In this document: piece after piece, positions 13,251 to 26,859 of the stretch
Layout: the number at the start of each line of letters is the position of its first letter
Position numbering within the stretch: the first letter of the stretch is position 1
Source of the DNA: Octopus sinensis
Taxonomy: Eukaryota
Assembly (NCBI RefSeq): GCF_006345805.1
Contig: NC_043007.1
Span: 19,468,001-19,532,000 of the forward strand
DNA length: 64,000 nucleotides
Direction: 5' to 3'
Program-made: the position numbers and the translations under genes
The notes under the pieces: model-generated
What the model saw: only the letters and a program-made list of their open reading frames with translations
Databases searched by the model: none
Told to the model about the DNA's origin: nothing

Positions 13251-13500
13251 GGAGATAGATAGGGAGATAGATAGGGAGATAGTTAGAGAGAGAGACAAAC
13301 AAAGTGATAGATAATAGATAGATAGATAAAGTGATAGAGAGATAGATAGCGAAAAAGAGAGAGAGAAACAAACAGTGATAAAGAGAGAAAGAGAGAGAGA
13401 GACAGACAAATATACAAAGTGATAGACAGACAGACCGACAGACAGACGGACGGACGGACGGACTGACGGACAGACAGACAGACAGATGGATGGATGGATA
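12965..13500. repeat. (GATA)n/(GACA)n microsatellite
   Basis: Direct inspection. Confidence 0.95.
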
Positions 13501-13699
13501 GATATAACATACTGGAAGATGAAACCAAAAAAAAAAAATAAGATGATAAAATTAGAAGACTGAAAAATATAATAGAAAAAACTGAATGAAAAAAACCCCA
13601 AAAATGTCAAGAAACTGTGACAAAAGGAATGGTAAAGCAAGAGGAAGAGGAAGCAATATAACGAGAAGAATACAAAGAGAGGGGGAGAGACAGATAGAC

Positions 13700-13733
<34 letters not shown>

Positions 13734-14254
13734 GGAGGTAGAATTTGAAGGAAGGAAGGTTATATGAAAAGAAAGATGGCATCAGAGAAAAGATGGAAAG
13801 CAAAGCAATTGATTGCTATGGCAGCATAGAATTGTAGTAGAGGTGCTAGAATTGCAGGTGTGGTAGAGGATGGAGGGTGATGGTGGAGTTGGAGCTGGAG
13901 GAGAGAGAGAGAGAGAGAGAGAGGAGGAATGCTTACTATCATGTCACAAAAGGATGGCTGTGTCTCTAGCACTGTCTGCTTCTGTGGATGTTCATCGCAC
14001 AAGAAGTATTATTTATAGATCTGTAACTATATATATGTGTGCGTGTGTGTGTGTCTGTGTGTGTGTGTGGGAAAATGTGTACACACGTGTGCGTGCATGT
14101 GTGTGTGTGTGTGTGTATACAAAATGTTTGTTTATAAACAAGACAAACAAATAAAGTACTGAATACATGGTGTAGGATTATCACAAATCAGAGATTCCTT
14201 CCAAAACAGCTGGAACAGCCAAATATTTCCTAATACGCAAACACACACACATAT

Positions 14255-14910
14255 CATAATCATCATCATTATCATCATTTAACGTCTGCTTTCCATGCTA
14301 GCATGGGTTGGACGATTTGACTGAGGACTGGCAAACCAGATGGCTGCACCAGGCTCCAATCTTGATCTGGCAGAGTTTCTACAGCTGGATGCCCTTCCTA
14401 ATGCCAACCACTCCGAGAGTGTAGTGGGTGCTTGTTACGTGTCACCGTCACCGGGGTTAGTCAGGCGGTACTGGCAAAGACCTCGCTCGAATCTTTTTTA
14501 CACATGCCACCGGCACAGGTGCCAGTAAGGCGACATTGATAACAATCACGCTCGAATGGTGCCACCGGCACAGAAGCCAGTTAGCCACTCTGGCAACGAT
14601 CATGCTCGGATGGTGCTCTTATTACCCTACTAGCATGGGACACAGGTGCCAGTAAGGTGACGCTGGTAACAATCACACTGGAATGGTGCCTTTTATGTGC
14701 CACTGGCACGGAAGCCAGTTAGCCGCTCTGGCAACGATCACATTTGTCTGGTGCTCTTTGCACCCTGCCAGCATGGATGCCAGTCATCGATTTTGATTTC
14801 GATTTCACTTGCCTCAACAGGTCTTCGCAAGCAGAGTTTAGCGTCCAAAGAAGGAAAATGTATGCAGAAGTGGGCTGGTTACACCCTGGCTTAGGCCATG
14901 AGGTTATGGT
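14255..14910 (-). mobile_element. RTE-type 3' UTR copy (family C) with internal ~55-60-bp subrepeats
   Basis: (CAT)n-TTTAACGTCTGCTTTCCATGCTAGCATGG end; repeated GGCAACGATCA...TGGTGC modules. Confidence 0.75.
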
Positions 14911-15108
14911 ATATATAAACATGTGCATGCAATAAGGAAAGAGATAATATAGGAATAACCGAATGAAGTTCCAAAGATAATTGTTTATTTCTTTATTATC
15001 TCTTTTCTTACTATTGTGCTGTACACGGTTAATGCTTCATTGAGAGGCATTACGTATATTGAATCTCTACATCAGGTTATTATTCTTGTATTACCTAAGC
15101 AAAATATT

Positions 15109-15852
15109 CTTTTCTACTCTAGGCACAAGAGGCGGGGCCAGTTGATTAGATCAACCCCTGGTGCTTAATTTATCGACCCCGAAAGGATGAAAGGCAAAGT
15201 TCACCTCGGCAGAATTTGAACTCAGAACGTAGCGGCAGACAAAATACCTATTTCTTTACTACCCATAAGGGGCTAAACACAGAGAGTTCAAACAAGGACA
15301 GACAAATGGATTAAGTCAATTAAATCGACCCCAGTGCGTAACTGGTACTTATTTAATTGACCCCGAAAGGATGAAAGGCAAAGTCGACCTCGGCAGAATT
15401 TGAACTCAGAACGTAGCGGCAGACAAAATACCTATTTCTTTACTACCCATAAGGGGCTAAACACAGAGAGTTCAAACAAGGACAGACAAATGGATTAAGT
15501 CAATTAAATCGACCCCAGTGCGTAACTGGTACTTATTTAATTGACCCCGAAAGGATGAAAGGCAAAGTCGACCTCGGCAGAATTTGAACTCAGAACGTAG
15601 CGGCAGACAAAATACCTATTTCTTTACTACCCACAAGGGGCTAAACACAGAGAGTTCAAACAAGGACAGACAAATGGATTAAGTCAATTAAATCGACCCC
15701 AGTGCGTAACTGGTACTTATTTAATTGACCCCGAAAGGATGAAAGGCAAAGTCGACCTCAGCAGAATTTGAACTCAGAACGTAGCGGCAGACGAAATATC
15801 GCTACGCATTTTGACCAGTGCTCTAATGATTCTGCCAGCCCCTCGCTGCCTG
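15109..15852 (-). mobile_element. Tandem multimer of SINE family B (184-bp period) flanked by a 15-bp TSD
   Basis: CCCCGAAAGGATGAAAGGCAAAG at 15177, 15361, 15545 and 15729; flanks CCTAAGCAAAATATT (15094-15108) / CCTAAGCAAACTATT (15853-15867). Confidence 0.85.
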
Positions 15853-15937
15853 CCTAAGCAAACTATTAAAACACAAAACCTCACAAGCAGACTAGTTCTA
15901 ACAACTATATATATATATACATACGTACATCTACCCC

Positions 15938-16850
15938 CCCCCTACTGGTGACAAAGGCCCGTTCACTCAGAGTGAAAGGTAGATTGTACGATGCATGTGT
16001 GCGAACTACCATGCTTCATGGCAATGAAACATGATCCATGACTGCTGAAGACATGCGTAGGCTTGAAAGAAATGAAGCTAGTATGATCCACTGGATGTAT
16101 TATGTCAGTGTAAGTGCCCTAAGAGAAATGTTGGACATAAGAAGCATCGGATGTGGTCATGTACTACTGATGAGTGAGGAGAGCTGGGTGAAGAAATGCC
16201 ACTCCCAAATAGTGGATGGAATCCAGGGTAGAGGGAGACCCAGGAAGACATGGGATGAGGAGGTGAAGTATGACCTTCGAACGTTGGGCCTCACAGAGGC
16301 AATGACAAAAGACTGAGACCTCTGGAGATATGCTATGACTGAGAAGATCCGGCAAATAAAGGGAGTTCACAGCTGTAGCCTGCACCAGTGTTGCATAACC
16401 AGCCGACTCAAAAAGTACCCTTGGATCATAGGGCGACATGCCATGCTTGAGGAGACCTATGAAGTCAAGTACATCAACATCAAGATGAAATCAAATCACA
16501 ATCAAATGGAAATTGTAGTTGTGGTCCCCGTGCCGGTGGCGAATAAAAAGCACCATCCGAATGTGGCCAATGCCAGCGCCACCTTGACTGGCTTCCGTGC
16601 CAGTGACATGTAAAAAGCACCAAGCAATTCTGGTCAATGCCAGCCCCCTCTGGCCCTTTTGACGGTGGCACGTAAAAAGCACCCACTACACTCAAGGAGT
16701 GGTTGGCATTAGGAAGAGCATCTAGCTGTAGAAACACTGCCAGATCAGACTGGAGCCTGGTGCAACCTCCTGACTTCCCACACCCAGTTGAACTATCCAA
16801 CCATGCCAGCATGGAAAACAGTTGTGAAACAATGATGATGATGATGATGA
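15938..16850 (+). mobile_element. RTE-clade LINE 3' fragment (decayed ORF end, 3' UTR and (GAT)n tail)
   Basis: Translation LRVKGRLYDACVRTTMLHGNET*SMTAEDMRRLERNE...RGRPRKTWDEEVK is a typical RTE C-terminus with an in-frame stop. Confidence 0.85.
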
Positions 16851-16865
16851 AAAACATATGTATGT

Positions 16866-16900
<35 letters not shown>

Positions 16901-16921
16901 CTATATCTATATCTTTATATA

Positions 16922-16971
<50 letters not shown>

Positions 16972-17344
16972 AGTACCAGTCTGTGTGTGTCTTTGTGCCC
17001 GTGTTTGTCCCCCCACCACCGCTTGACAACCGGTGTTGGTGTGTTTATGTCCCTGTGATTTAGCAGTTCAGCAAAAGAGATCGATAGATTTAGTACCAGG
17101 CTTAAAAGAAAATATCCCAGGGTCGATTCATTTGGCTAAAATTCTGCAAGGTAGTGCTCCAGCATGGCCACAAGTCTACTGGCTAAAACAATTCAAACAT
17201 TAAAAGATAAAGAAAATAATGATATGCTTGTGTGTGTGTGTGTGCATGTGTGTGCATGTGTGTGCATGCAAGTGTGTGTGTGTGTGTGTGTGTGTGCATG
17301 TGTGTGTATGCGTGTGCATGTATGTGTGTGTGTGTGGCGATTTT

Positions 17345-17609
17345 TTAACCTTTTTTGATGGCAATCCGTCTGAGACTATGCCTGGTTCCTTGACACAGAA
17401 TGGTCTGCTTTAAAATATTTGTATTTAAAATGAAGCCATTTCCTAATAATTTTACAACAGAACTTGGTCGTCAAATTATATACCAAACAGCGGCTGATTA
17501 ATGAAACATTTAAATTAATTAATCCTTCTAAATTATCAATTATTTGAAAAAATTAACTGAAACACGCAGACATGGTATAAGGATAGAAATATGATCGCAA
17601 AAGGATTAA
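17345..17609. mobile_element. Degenerate piggyBac-type MITE
   Basis: TTAA|CCTTTT ... AAAAGGA|TTAA termini; related to 1-350. Confidence 0.5.
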
Positions 17610-17999
17610 TCCATTAAGTGGCTACATAACTCCATGGGTTATATACATGAGATCGTTTTAACAAGAACAATTCAACCCCACTTTTTTTTAATGAGTTAGC
17701 CAGAGGAAGAAAACTGGCTAGCGCTCTTGACCAGTCACATGACCGATGAGGCGAACGGAGAGGGGGAGGAGGATGAGAGGTAAACGACCGTAAGTTGTTG
17801 GGTTGTTGTAGGGCGATGCTGTATATCTGGATATCAAGTTTTACTGGAGACCAGAAACTGGTTCTGGATGCTCGCAAGCAAAATAGACTTCACTAACAAC
17901 CTTTAAGGATCAAGTGACGATGGTATTTATTTATTTTATCTTGTTTTTTTTTTTGTTTTTTTGTTTTCCCTTCTTTAAGCCTCAAACCAGGCAACAAAT

Positions 18000-18164
18000 T
18001 ACCGTAATTAATCATGGATAAATTACACTATTTTAGACTTGTTTTTAACAGAATATCTAGAGTGCTACTTATACACGGGGCAATGACAAAACTATGAAGG
18101 ACAAAAATTTTCCAAGAGTTAACACTAAATTTGGGAGTGTGGCTTATACACAAGTAAATACAAT
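18000..18164. mobile_element. Degenerate Tc1/mariner-superfamily MITE (TACCGTA-type ends)
   Basis: TACCGTAATT start; repeated CTTATACAC subterminal motif; AAATACAATA end. Confidence 0.35.
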
Positions 18165-20762
18165 AAGTTCAGTCACTACTCAAGAAGGAGCACACTCCAT
18201 TTGGCAGGCTTCCATACAATCTCCATCAAAATCTTTTGACAAGTTTTGCATTAACTAGGCTGTACAGTAGAAAACACTTTCCTCCAAGTGCAGTAGGATT
18301 GAACCAGGAACCGTTTGACTGCAAAACAAACGCCTTAATCACATGACCACATGGGAGATCCCCTCACTCACTCTTTAACATGTGTTTGAGTCTATTTGCG
18401 GTAAACAGTTTGTTTGCTTGAACTGAGTGAATGAAGTAAGTTAATGAAGCAACATTAGTCAAACACATAAGATTGTTGTTATTTACAACAGTAAGATACA
18501 TCATCATCATCATCATTTAACATCTGTTTCCCATGCTGGCATGGGTTGGATGATTCACTTGGAGCTGATGAGTCAAAAGACTTCACCAAGCTCCAATGTT
18601 GTGGTTTCTATGGTTGGGTGCCCTTCCTAACACCAGCCACTTTACAGAGTGTACTGGGTGCATTTCACATGGTATCAACACCGGTGAGGTTATCATTAAA
18701 TTCGCAAGGCAAGACCCCCTAAGCTGAGTATTGAAGGAGATGGCCTTATGCCAGGTGGGGAAGGGCTAAAGTATGTTAGAGGGACAGAAGCAGGTGTCTT
18801 GTTGAAGAGGAGACACGGGGTCACCCCAGTTGGAAAAGGAAGAAGATTGTAGTGATGATGTGTCAGGACTTACCCTCAAATTACAAGAAGGGGAAAATAA
18901 GAGAAGGGTGTTCTCTGTAATGCTCCTGGGTGACTGACAAGTTATGTGATCTTGGCCAGAGATATACTGCATTATCAGAGAAGGGACACAGCTGAGTCCT
19001 CTTTTCATTTTTACTTTCAATATATAAGGGTTTGTGTTTGAGTGAGTCATAAGGAGAAGAAAAATTAAGATTTGAGAATCCCACTCTTCTTTAATTAGTT
19101 TAACTAAGAAAGGCGATGGAATGAATTACAAAACATAGTGACAAATGTTTGTCATAAATTTGGTGGAGGCATTTTTTTTTTGCCCACAAGGGGCTAAACA
19201 TAGAGGGGACAAACAAGGACAGACAAAGGGATTAAGTCGATTACAACAACCCCAGTGCATAACTGGTACTTAATTTATCGACCCCAAAAGAATGAAAGGC
19301 AAAGTCAACCATGGCGGAATTTGAACACAGAACGTAGTGACAGACGAAATACCACAAAGCATTTCGCCCGGTGTGCTTGCTGCCTTACTTTGGTGGAGGC
19401 ATTTGCAAGGACAGCCTTGCTCAGAGCTGGCAACAGGTGGATACTTAGCCAAAGGTAAAACAGAACATTGCTTAATTCAGAAAAGAAAGAAAAAGCAAGA
19501 AAAAGGCTTGTTTTGCAGTGAGCATAATGAAGGGATTGTGAAAAAAAAAAAGGCTGTAAAAAAAAAGAATATTTTCTGAAAGGTTCACTGATAATTGACA
19601 ATGACTGGAAGGCATAATATTGATATCAATATTAATTCAGCTTCATTTATTTTTTAATATTCCAGTCACTTTTATAACTAATTGGAAAACATTTTTAAAC
19701 CCCCAGGGCAATTGTGACACATTTTGTAGCTTTAAAACACAACAAATTGGAAACAAAAGTATTAAAAAGAGTTTAGCAAAAATATTGAAAACTCTATGAT
19801 TTCCAAGCATTTCTCTGTCAATTGGCACTTACTTTTTGGGTCTTAACTTCATTCCCTGAGCACACTAACCCCAAAGCATGGGGTTATAAGAAGAGGGAAT
19901 CATACACTGTTACAGAGGATAATTAAACAGAACATTTCAAAAGACAACAAACTCAAAACTGTATTATGAAAGCCGTCACTCAGGATAAAATAGCTCTGGT
20001 AATAACTGCTTTAGATGAGATTGGATTAAACGGTAGATATAGATCTGCAATCAGCATTTAATGCCTGCTTTTCTACGAATCAGATGGAACATTTATTGAG
20101 GAAGAATTTCTGCAGCCTGATGCCTTGCCTGTTGCCATCCTTCAGTTTGTCCAAGTAAAATAATATTTTCCCAGAGCCAGAAACTGTTTTCCTTGGAAGA
20201 CTGGAACATACAAATGCACACACATGGGCACCAACAATTATTGGCATAATATGCAATTTCTATTATTATTATTATTATTATTATTATCATTATTATCATT
20301 ATTATTATTATCTTTATCATTATTATTATTATTATCATTATTAGTATTATCATTATTATTATCATTATCATTATTATTACTATTATCATTATCATTATTA
20401 TTATTGAGGCAGTGAGCTGGCAGAATTGTTAATACGCCTGGCAAAATGCATAGTGGTATTTCATATGTCTTTACTTTCTGAGTTCAAATTCCGCTGAAGC
20501 CAACTTAGTCTTTCGACTACCCGTCTGATAAGGATACACTAGGCAAATGCATCACAACCATATGTGCACGACATGGTGATCTCATATTAAGATAAACAGC
20601 ACATGACCTTGCAGGTGGGGCCCAGTTAGAATTTTCTTCTGGTCAAGTAACCCATCCCACTCAAAATGTCCCTGAATAAGGGTTAAGGATGCTGAACGAA
20701 ACACCCATGTTTCTAGAGGTGAGTTATTCAAACCCCAAAGAATCCCCTTATTATTATTATTA

Positions 20763-20794
<32 letters not shown>

Positions 20795-22121
20795 GTTGTT
20801 GTTGTTATTATTATTGCCACAGAAGTAAGATGAGAAGAGATGAAAGAAGCAATTACAATAAATGAGGAATTACAATAAAATCAAATAAAATGTAGAGTGA
20901 TGAGACACTTGACATACAAAATGCAGTCATGTCTCAAGAGTGGAATGAAGGAAGCAAGCCTACAGATCCAGGTTTACCCTGATTACCAAGGATTGGTACC
21001 GTCTCACAGCTATGATTCCCCAGCTGCCCCATTCACTCAACCAATGACAATACTTTCCCTGGCCTTCAGATGAATTTACTGGATGGCTGCATTTCTCTTT
21101 CTCCCCTTAGTTTCTTTGTCAGACAGAATTTGAAAAAGTCAAATTGTTTGACCTGTGTCCACCATACAACCTTTTACCTGACAAAGGATAACTATTGGCC
21201 TTTCATAGCAAAAGGAAGACAGCAAGGCAATCTTCACAATGGAATTGACCAACAGCCAGATCCACCCTACATATGAGAAGGGCTGTTTGACATAACCCCT
21301 CAAATTAGAAATGTTTGAATGCTGCATAAATGCATGCAGAACAGTTGTGCTGCTTTACAAGCACCTCAGGCAGGTTCGGTTAATCAGTCTGGCCCTAATA
21401 ATCTGGGATAAACCTGTCCAAACAGACAGACAAGGAGATCAAAGCAAAGCATACAGATATTATTAGCAAAGACTTGAGAAAAATTGTAAGAATTCTCACA
21501 AAAGAAAAACGTCTCTTTTGATTGAAAGATTGCTGGCAAGTGTGGGAATAACTATCAAAATACAAGGATCAGGAAATTGAGTCAGACAGGATTTGGAGCA
21601 TAGAAATAAAAGAAACAGAATCAGCATTGGTTTCAAATTTTGGCACAAGGCCAGCAATTTCAGGGCAGCTGGGGTAAGTCAATTACATTGACCCCCGGTC
21701 CTCAACTGGTACTAATTTTATCACCACTGAAAGGATGAAAGGCAAAGTCAACCTTGGCAGAATTTGAACTGAGAATGTAAAGACAGACAAAATGGCACTA
21801 AGCATATTTCGCCCAGCACCAGAATGGTTCTGCTAGCTTGCTGCCTTGAACAAAAAAAAAAAAAGAAAAAGAAGAAAAAAATAGTATCAGTCTTAATCGG
21901 AATACTTGGTATGATAAAATGATAAAAACAAAAAAATAAAGATTAACAAAGACACAGCCGCTCACAGCATAACACACATTCTCCTACAGATAACCCTGTG
22001 AGGCACAGCCCACCCCCAACTCAAGGCACTTTTTAATTCAATTGCACCAAAGAAACAGTACACTCTCTGCACATAGTAAATACTTTATACAATAACCACC
22101 CAATAAAATGATACTCTACAC

Positions 22122-22371
22122 CAGTGGTTCGCAACCAGGCTCCTTTGAGGGTTCAGATATGGTCCTTTAAGGGTCCAGATAAGATCTTGTTAAAATTTAT
22201 TTCTACAGAACAGAAAATATTCCAGCAATTTTTTTGTTTTTTGTAACTTTATGATAATTAATTATGAAAATGTGATATAATTTTAAAAACACTGAATGAC
22301 TTGGAGGGTTCATCCGAGCAAAATAGGAATCAAAGGGGTCCATAGGTAAAAAAAAGGGTTCAGAACCACTG
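22122..22371. mobile_element. hAT-type MITE
   Basis: TIR CAGTGGTTC / GAACCACTG; 8-bp TSD CTCTACAC / TTCTACAC. Confidence 0.8.
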
Positions 22372-23076
22372 TTCTACACAATCACTTTAGAGGGAATTTC
22401 AACTGTGTTTCGTGGTCTGTTACTACAACAGCTCCTTTATAGGATCCAGTTAGCCCAAGACATCATTCTGAGCTCAAGACATCATTCTGAGTTCAAATTC
22501 TGCCGAGGTCAACTTGGCCTTTTATCCTTTCGGGGTCGATAAATTAAGTACCAGTTGCATACTGGGATCGATGTAATCTTCTTACCTCCTCCCCCCAAAT
22601 TTCAGGCCTTATATATAGATGTGTGTGCGTGTGTGTAATTGTATGTATGTATATATATATGGCCTGTGGCGTTAACAATTCAGTTGATGGGTTTCCTCAT
22701 AGTTTCTATCCACCAAATCTACTCACAAGGCATTGACCAGCCTGGGGCCCATAGTAGAAGACTCTTACCCCAAGGTGCCAAAACCATGGGATCAGGAATC
22801 GAGCTTCTTCCCCACTCAGTTATCTATAAGGCTTGGAGAAGAAGAAGAAGAAGAAGAATTGTTTTTCCTTTTTTTTTTTTGCTTATAAGAGTTGAAGATT
22901 TTGAGCAAGCAAAAAAAAAAAGAAGAAAGAAAAGAAAGAAAAGCAGAACCAGTGGTGGTTGTCATGGTGGGGATTTACATTGCAGTAAAAATAGCTAAGA
23001 TAAATTATTGTAACAACAAAGACATCTTGTCTGATGCTTTAACATTTCTGCCGATCCAACAACCATGACCATCTTC

Positions 23077-23118
<42 letters not shown>

Positions 23119-23384
23119 GTCTAGAGTGTGAGTGAGAGGGGTGGAGTGGTGTATCTAGGACTGTATTACCTATTGTGCCCTTCTGTTTTTTAAGCCACAT
23201 GGAGTGTAGTGCAAAAGAGATTTGACTGTTGTTTCTAGTGGGGTGTGTGATTTTACGAGGTTCCATCAATGTCAAGCCATTAACACTGATTAACACTAGA
23301 CTCCTTTGTGCTTAAGCCTTGACCAAAAACTGAAGTGAGGGAATGTTAATCAACAGGTGTTAAATTTTATCACAGAGGGTCTTC

Positions 23385-23500
23385 ATAATAACTGAATCTC
23401 CCATCAACAATATATAGAATCTTAGAGTCTATTCAGTGACACCTGTGACTGTCTAGACACTGAGGTTCTATATATTGTCAATGGAAGATTCAGTTGTTAT
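23385..23500. repeat. Imperfect palindrome with ~47-bp arms
   Basis: ATAATAACTGAATCTCCCATCAACAATATATAGAATCTTAGAGTCTA pairs with TAGACACTGAGGTTCTATATATTGTCAATGGAAGATTCAGTTGTTAT (~7 mismatches). Confidence 0.8.
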
Positions 23501-23746
23501 TGTGCTGCTGGACACCTGTCACTGAAGAACTCACAGCAGGGGGAAATCACAGGATCTAGCAGCTTTGGTGGCTGTAATAGATGGTTCTCATCTGTCAATA
23601 GTATGAAAACAAGTGTTTTTATGAACCATGAGCCCATATGAGATGTCCTCTCAATGTAAATAATGAAATATTTTGTGTTATAACACACCCACAACATTAC
23701 GTGGAAGACAAAGATTACCTTGTGATATTAATATTGATCCTGTCAC

Positions 23747-23782
<36 letters not shown>

Positions 23783-25291
23783 GCTTGTATCTATGTGTAT
23801 ATGTACACACATGCAGACACACACACATAGACTTATGGCTCATATTTCATTTGACAAGTATGAATAAGTATGTCTGTATATATTTGTATCTATCAATGCA
23901 ATGTGTGTGTGTGTGTGCGTGTGTGTGTACATATATATCATCATTTAACATGACTAGAATGAGTTGGACGATTTGACTGAGGACTGGCTGCACCAGGCCC
24001 CAATCTTGATCTGGCAGAGTTTCCACAGCTGGATGCCCTTCCTAACGCCAACCAGTCAGGCAGTACTGGCAACGGCGACACTCAAATTGTGTTTTTTACG
24101 TGCCACCTGCACAGGAGCCAGTCCAGTGGCACTGGCAACGACCTCGCTTGAATGTTTTTTTACGTGCCACCAGCACAAGTAACGTGACACTGGTAATGAT
24201 CACACTCGAATATATATTTATATATATAATAATAATAATATTAGGGATTATGGCTCCAAATTTACAGGGAAAAATTAGATTTAGTATTAAATCAAATTTC
24301 ACAGTATAAATATATAAAATATGGATTAGAGATAAAATAAAATTTTCCTGTTTGAGTTGCCTAATAGTGGTTTTATCTCTAATTCATATTTTATATACAT
24401 ATATATATATATGTATGTATATGTGTGTGTGTGTAAATAAATAAACATCCTCCTCATTTTAACATTCACGTCTCCATGCTTGCATATTATGTGTGTGTGT
24501 ATGTGTGTGTGTGTGTGACCTCATTTAGCTCTTGGTTTTTTTTTTTTTTAGGGTAAGAATAATGCAAGGTGTATCACCTGCTGACTCACAAGCTTGTCTT
24601 AATGCACACTACACTCCCAGGTGTGTTCATATCTCATGAATTTATTTCCTGATATCTACCTCTCTATCTATCTATCTCATTCTATCAATATCTTTGCTGG
24701 ACTGCTAAGTTACAGGAACGTTAACAAACTGACACCAGTTGTTTAGCTGAGAAAGAAAAACACAAATGCATCCCCCGAAACACACACACACATTTTAGAA
24801 ATGGAGGAAATCTCAAATGCAGGAAAGTAATAGCTGTGAAAACAGTTTAGAGGATCAGGTAAACTACCCTTATAAATGGAGAGAAAAAAGGGGCCAACAT
24901 ACTGATACTGAGAAACGCAATCTGCACCTCTCATCTGTTTGCACAATTATTCTCCTACAATCAAGATTTCCTTCATTTCTAAAATACCAAAATATTCAGC
25001 ACTTCAAGTTCATTTATAAAAGTGTTCATACACACACACACATCTGTCTCTCTCTCTCTGTCTATCTACCCATCTGACTATCTATCTATCCATATATCTA
25101 TCTATCTACCTGTCTGTCTGTCTATCTATCTATCTACCTGTCTGTCTGTCACTCTATCAATCTACCTGTCTGTCTGTCACTCTATCTATCTATCTATTAT
25201 CTATCTATCTATTTATCTAACTATCTATCTATCTATCTATCAATCTACCTGTCTGTCTGTCACTCTATCTATCTACCTGTCTGTCTGTCAC

Positions 25292-25331
<40 letters not shown>

Positions 25332-25950
25332 CCTACCTACCTACCTACCTACCTACCTACCTACCTACCTACCTACCTATCTACTATCTATCTATCTATC
25401 TATCTAAACACAAAGACACACACATATACATGAATGTGTGTATGTGTGTGTGTATAAATATATATATCTATGACAGGTTTCTTTCAGTTTCCATCTACCA
25501 ATTTCATCCACAAGATTTTGGTCAGCCTGAGGCTATAGGAGAAAACACTTGCCCAAGGTGCCACACAGAAGGACTGAACACAGAACCATGTGGTTGTGAC
25601 ACAAGCTTTTTATCCCACAGTCAATTTTATCGACATTGTCCCTCCTTCATGTCATCACTGATTCAATATCCACTTCTCCATGCTTGCATGGGCTGGACAC
25701 AGTTTACAGAGGCAGATTTTCTATGGCTGGATGATGTTCTTGCTGGCAACTGTCACCTGTTTCCAGGTAAGTCAATATTTTTCTCAAGTCCAGACATGTT
25801 TTCATGGAAGATTGGAAATGAATAACATTGCTAGTACAACAGGACAATCATTTACTACCATCACATGATGTTATGACAAGGAGCCCCCCAGCCCCACTAT
25901 TCAAATAGGAATTAGAAGCAGCCATATACATATATATATATATATATATA

Positions 25951-26373
25951 TTCTTTTATTCTTTTACTTGTTTCAGTCATTTGACTGTGGCCATGCTGGA
26001 GTACCACCTTTAGTTGAACAAATCGATTCCAGGATTTATTCTTTGTAAGCCTAGTACTTATTCTATCGGTCTCTTTTGTTGAACTGCTTAGTTACAGGGA
26101 TGTAAACACACCAACCAACATCAGTTGTCAAGTGATGGTGGGGGTGACAAACACAGACACACAAATATATACACACATATATCTATACACACACACACAC
26201 ACATATATATGATGGGCTTCTTTCAGTCTCCATCTACCAAATCCACTCAGAAGGCATTGGTCGGCCCAAGGCTATAGTAGAAGACACTTGCCCGAGGTGC
26301 CATGCAGTGGAACTGAACCGGGAACCATGTGGTTGGGAAGCAAGCTTCTTACCACACAGCCATGCCTGTGCCT
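25951..26373 (-). mobile_element. SINE family A, full copy with CpG decay
   Basis: Reverse-complement match to 2954-3338 and 52468-52888. Confidence 0.85.
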
Positions 26374-26381
26374 ACACACAC

Positions 26382-26427
<46 letters not shown>

Positions 26428-26859
26428 CGAGAGAGAGAGAGAGCAATAAGAAAATGGAGGGGATCAATAGGTGGTTCATCAACTTTTAGACTTTATATTA
26501 TGTCAACTTATTTATTTATTTACTAAGATGATAATTACAAGAATATACATATATGTATAACATATAAAATATATTTTATATTTTACATATAGAATATACT
26601 AATATATAAAGATACCAGTAATTATTAAAATATAACATACAGGAATATAAATTAGGAAAATAACTTACAGCTGTTTCAGCGAAGAGGTAAAAATACCTCA
26701 TTCTACCTTTATTCCTACAGGATATATACGAGAGGATGTCTCAAGGCTAACAACACAGTATTTGGTGTTCTAAAATAACAACCATGTTTAATTGGATATA
26801 AAGATTACTTTTTGGTCTTAGTAGTGCTTCTGTCACGAATAATTAATGTTTATGTGTAT

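Noticed and set aside
18565-18590. CTGATGA-GTC aaaa GAC hammerhead-like start
   Set aside because: No GAAA follows and there is no stem I; it lies in a family-C repeat
21000-21420. Possible minus-strand exon after TTTGGACAG
   Set aside because: All three frames hit stops quickly; no coding support
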